Below are positions 62,001 to 64,000 of a stretch of 64,000 nucleotides of DNA, one piece after another. The DNA lies in assembly GCA_021792095.1 (NCBI GenBank), contig JAJYVH010000001.1, positions 677,155 through 741,154 on the forward strand, read 5' to 3'. Origin of the DNA: Candidatus Micrarchaeota archaeon. Lineage in GTDB: Archaea > Micrarchaeota > Micrarchaeia > Micrarchaeales > CABMGC01. Under the pieces are notes generated by a model. The model was not told the origin of the DNA, made no database searches, and saw nothing but the letters and a program-made list of their open reading frames with translations. The translations under genes were made by a program, and so were the position numbers. The first letter of the stretch is position 1, and each line of letters starts with the position of its first letter.

Positions 62001-62433
62001 CCTCTATTATCTTGTTTATCTCTCCCTGCGCTATAGTGCTAGTCTCGTCCACGTGCACCCCGTGGCTCCTCAGCACCTCGAGCACCTCCTGCCGGGTCAT
62101 GCGCTTGCCGTTGAGCTTGTAGAGCGTCTTCCCGTCGGCGCGCACCCACTTCGAGAGCTCGACGTGCGCATCGCCGTCAAGCTCCAGCCTGACGAACGCC
62201 TTGTGGCCGGGGCCGCTGCCCCTGGCCGACGCCTCCCTTATCAGGTACTGCAGCCTGTCGACACGGAGCCTCCGGAGCGATGTCTCGCCGAGGCAGAAGA
62301 GGAGCGCGTCTATTATGTTGCTCTTGCCGGAGCCGTTCGGCCCGACGATGCAGTTGAAGCCGTTGTTGAACAGCAGGTCTGCCTTCTTGAACGACTTGAA
62401 CCTGCCTATGCTCGCAGATCGTATATGGAGCAC
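59011..62433 (-). CDS. smc: chromosome segregation ATPase SMC
   Basis: 1140 aa. Walker A GPNGSGKSNIIDA, long coiled coils with a hinge, signature MSGGQKSL, Walker B IYLFDEIDTALD. Confidence 0.95.
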   Translation of the reverse strand: MLHIRSASIGRFKSFKKADLLFNNGFNCIVGPNGSGKSNIIDALLFCLGETSLRRLRVDRLQYLIREASARGSGPGHKAFVRLELDGDAHVELSKWVRADGKTLYKLNGKRMTRQEVLEVLRSHGVHVDETSTIAQGEINKIIEANAKQRREFIDVAAGIQEFDAKKTEAMTELDKVAARMAAAQAMLDERLVFLNELAKEKAAAESYAQLTKRRASLQYSVLAGRKKAAELAGASYVKEIGALDASKAEISARLKELSGKTQKLEGERKELLQLLAEHSNAADSTGKKFAEIGNELSALDVRIGNWQGSSKKLGEEMAAVRSELDSMQERIEANSGSLLEHKRRLAELEAEAKKLGARSAPVREDIGRRVRELDGTVMDIEKALAAKREAAAGLQARAALLGAKADAMGKELRELNDRLAGEMAQAEEAKAKAASALAAKQKLSKEAQEASGESERLRSELSAIDSELIGLKEQRAMSRPREQAVQGRLRDAFGKSKGFYGAVSELCSYDDKYAEAIEAAAGSRFGYFVVDSVDAAKDMISYLRVNNLGRATFIPLRELRAEPEDGVKGLQLVSDLLDYDDRFDGVFSYVFNNTYLVESIDAAKRAGIGAHRWVTPQGELVERSGILSGGSRSRPSSLGSIERRIRELEEKKGRLFSRAKEMDSSLFTLRSGAAEAEMQSASYSALADEHGSAHKVLAAKLEALRAELDAAAGERTRVAKELAAAQDAIAAASRELDGFRKERTDAYEESMRESAELAGNGMGKAERERLERANAEMREASMKVAGLQKENDMLAASMAQKGRELEAKAKALEEAKAGLERDAKRKEELLVLQREAEAKMLGSSKRSKQALEKQDAISRELEALASKAATAEALAGEQEKKSSELLVKQGQNSTRLNDLTAELAAYVSSDCSIVEGDPEQLEKEAALVAAKVEALGNVNLKAPGAYEEKARSVREAKEKLDTLESERRAVLAMMEEIEAKKMNAFMTTFNEVNKNFSRLYNYIYPGKATLALEDPKSPLESGMTISIEDDNFVGRQRGMSGGQKSLLSMMLLFSIHMCKPSSIYLFDEIDTALDKENSKRLSQLIKQMSSNAQFVVVSHNDTLIVSADAAIGVAKSAGDSKVYGIEVTDVSRAGNAGKQ

Positions 62434-62558
62434 TCACACCACTGGTCGCAATACCCTTTTGCCATCACAGTATTAAAGCCTTGTGCTTGCAGCCGAGGGC
62501 AATCTATTTATTCCTTCCTTGAGATTTGAGTCCGATGGACCGCATGAAAACTGAAGTA

Positions 62559-62580
62559 ACACACACACACACACACACAC
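62559..62580 (+). repeat. (AC)11 dinucleotide microsatellite
   Basis: 22 nt of perfect AC repeats lie between ATG 62544 and the pilin-like coding frame. Confidence 0.95.
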
Positions 62581-62629
62581 GAGAGTCAGTCCTATAGCCT
62601 ATAGTTCTACCAGCCGTTCGCAGTCCGCG

Positions 62630-63358
62630 ATGGAGTACCTGATGACCTACGGCTGGGCCATACTCATAATAGCGGTGGTGCTGGGCGCCCTGTTCCAGTT
62701 GGGCGTCTTCAACGGCGCCACATTCGCGCCAAAGGCGCCGCCGGGCGCCTGCCAAGTCTTCAGGCCCAACGGCCAAGGCACTGCCTTCGACCTGAACCTC
62801 GAGGGCGTGTGCAACGGCGAGCTGCCGGAGTATGTAGCGCAATTCAACGGACAATATGGCTTTATAGAAGCTACCGTAACTGACATTCCTACAGGTACTG
62901 AACAGAGAACAATAAGTGCATGGGTGTATCCTTTCGATTTAGCTGATAGAGGATGGATAGGTTATGGCAACACGCTAGCTGCAGATGAATTCACAGGCTG
63001 GTTTCAGACGGGTGTTTCAGGTGCCAGTCTATGGGGTAGTAATATTTATGTTCCTGCAGCAGCAAGCACATAGTATTTCACGGTCATAGAATATACAGGT
63101 ACACAAATTACTATGTCCTCTTATTCAAACAGCCAGGAATCTACAAATTCGTTGACTGTTAGTGCAAGTACATCCTCTACACCCTTGATTATAGGAGCTA
63201 AATCTGGTGGAAATGGGCCCGGTGGTTTTTACTTTAATGGTCAAATAGCAAATGTCCAAATCTACAACATATCCCTCTCAGGGCTCTTAACTTTAAGTAA
63301 GGAACCCTTGCCATATTCTTTTATACAGGGTTTGATGGAGGAGATAGAGGAAGATTAG
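62630..63358 (+). pseudogene. class III signal peptide (archaeal pilin-like) LamG-domain protein, disrupted
   Basis: MEYLMTYGWAILIIAVVLGAL is the pilin-type hydrophobic core, and the in-frame upstream codons read SRSQSA with no start codon. LamG blocks are FNGQYGFIE, RTISAWVYP and FYFNGQIANVQIYNISLS. An in-frame TAG at 63071-63073 joins ORFs 62630..63073 and 63113..63358. Confidence 0.65.
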
Positions 63359-63569
63359 GCTCTTTGTCTCTATATCCTTTTTTGCCTATTCTAGAGTACA
63401 GGAAATAGCCAATAACACCCCCCGCGATTACAATGATAGCGATATAAAGTGCCAAAAATGGGAGGGCTAAACTTCTTTCTGCAACAATAAACCCAGAAAC
63501 AAGTCCACCAAGTATTGCAACAGAATAACTTTTTATGAACTGGTCCCATTTTTCATCATCTATTTTCAT
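63321..63569 (-). CDS. small two-TM membrane protein
   Basis: 82-aa AT-rich ORF with two hydrophobic helices. Confidence 0.35.
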   Translation of the reverse strand: MKIDDEKWDQFIKSYSVAILGGLVSGFIVAERSLALPFLALYIAIIVIAGGVIGYFLYSRIGKKGYRDKEPNLPLSPPSNPV

Positions 63570-63597
63570 TAAATCATCGCTGATTATTTTGGTTTAT

Positions 63598-63876
63598 TTA
63601 TACTGCTCCTTTCCCTCTTTCTGCTAACCATTTGGCACCCTTAGGATAAAGCCATATCAATCCTATCGCAAACAATATCGCTCCGGCCATTATACCGATA
63701 AAGAACCAAAAGATACCGGTGAATAACGAGCCAAAGTTAGAAACGCTTGATACTGCTTTATGGTAATAGTTAGTATAAACTATATCAGATGCAACGAAGA
63801 GTGCAATCGCTATGACTATGAAGATTGCACCTATGATTTGCTTTGCCTTCATCACTCTGATATTGTTACAACACAT
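63598..63876 (-). CDS. small membrane protein (2-3 TM)
   Basis: 92-aa AT-rich ORF with hydrophobic helices. Confidence 0.35.
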   Translation of the reverse strand: MCCNNIRVMKAKQIIGAIFIVIAIALFVASDIVYTNYYHKAVSSVSNFGSLFTGIFWFFIGIMAGAILFAIGLIWLYPKGAKWLAERGKGAV

Positions 63877-64000
63877 TTAAATTGCTGTTATATAATAAAG
63901 TACAATTATATGCAATCAATTTCAAAACTGGGTCTAGTGATACTTGTTATAATGATTTTGTTATCATTAGGGAGTATTATTTTAAATGCTTATGATTATC

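Noticed and set aside
62559-62580. AC repeat as part of a CRISPR array or other interspaced repeat
   Set aside because: It is a simple uninterrupted dinucleotide tract. I saw no spacer-repeat periodicity anywhere in the window.

Overview
This is an archaeal chromosomal window. The evidence is aIF5B, aEF-2, aIF5A, ribosomal proteins L7Ae, L30e, L24e, S24e, S27ae and S28e, an archaeal histone, Hel308, SepF plus two FtsZ paralogs, and a class III (archaeal pilin-type) signal peptide. The backbone is GC-rich, roughly 58-60% on the lines I hand-counted. Genes are densely packed and start codons sit about 25 nt downstream of TATA boxes, so transcripts look largely leaderless. Housekeeping content includes a sufBDCS Fe-S operon with an upstream HTH/Cys-motif regulator, ATP-dependent DNA ligase, SMC, signal peptidase, ThiI, and a ribosomal cluster L30e-S12-S7-EF2-L7Ae-S28e-L24e that has no nusA. 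The backbone is interrupted by visibly AT-richer accessory DNA. (1) An island of about 9.3 kb lies directly 3' of tRNA-Thr(CGU) and ends at a degenerate copy of the tRNA 3' end. It carries a six-gene, translationally coupled operon: Vsr, Dcm C5-methyltransferase, GHKL (MutL/MORC-like) ATPase, DEAD/Z1 motor, PD-(D/E)XK protein and an HNH-like protein. This is the best candidate for a poorly characterised defence system. The island also holds a truncated IS transposase fused to foreign sequence and an ASCH gene. (2) Gene scars and lower-GC genes follow a near-identical tRNA-Thr(UGU). (3) A solo TnpB (IS200/IS605-type) element is present. (4) A low-GC cassette is joined to a pilin-like LamG gene that has an (AC)11 tract in its 5' end and an in-frame amber codon. 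I also propose an unannotated compact RNase P RNA (about 242 nt) in a 320-bp gap, two sub-60-aa ribosomal genes missing from the ORF track (S27ae, L24e), and K/Q/E/A/P-rich extensions on several ribosomal proteins. Two of those extensions share an identical 23-nt module. I saw no CRISPR array and no rRNA. Many long ORFs antisense to conserved genes are treated as GC-driven shadow ORFs.
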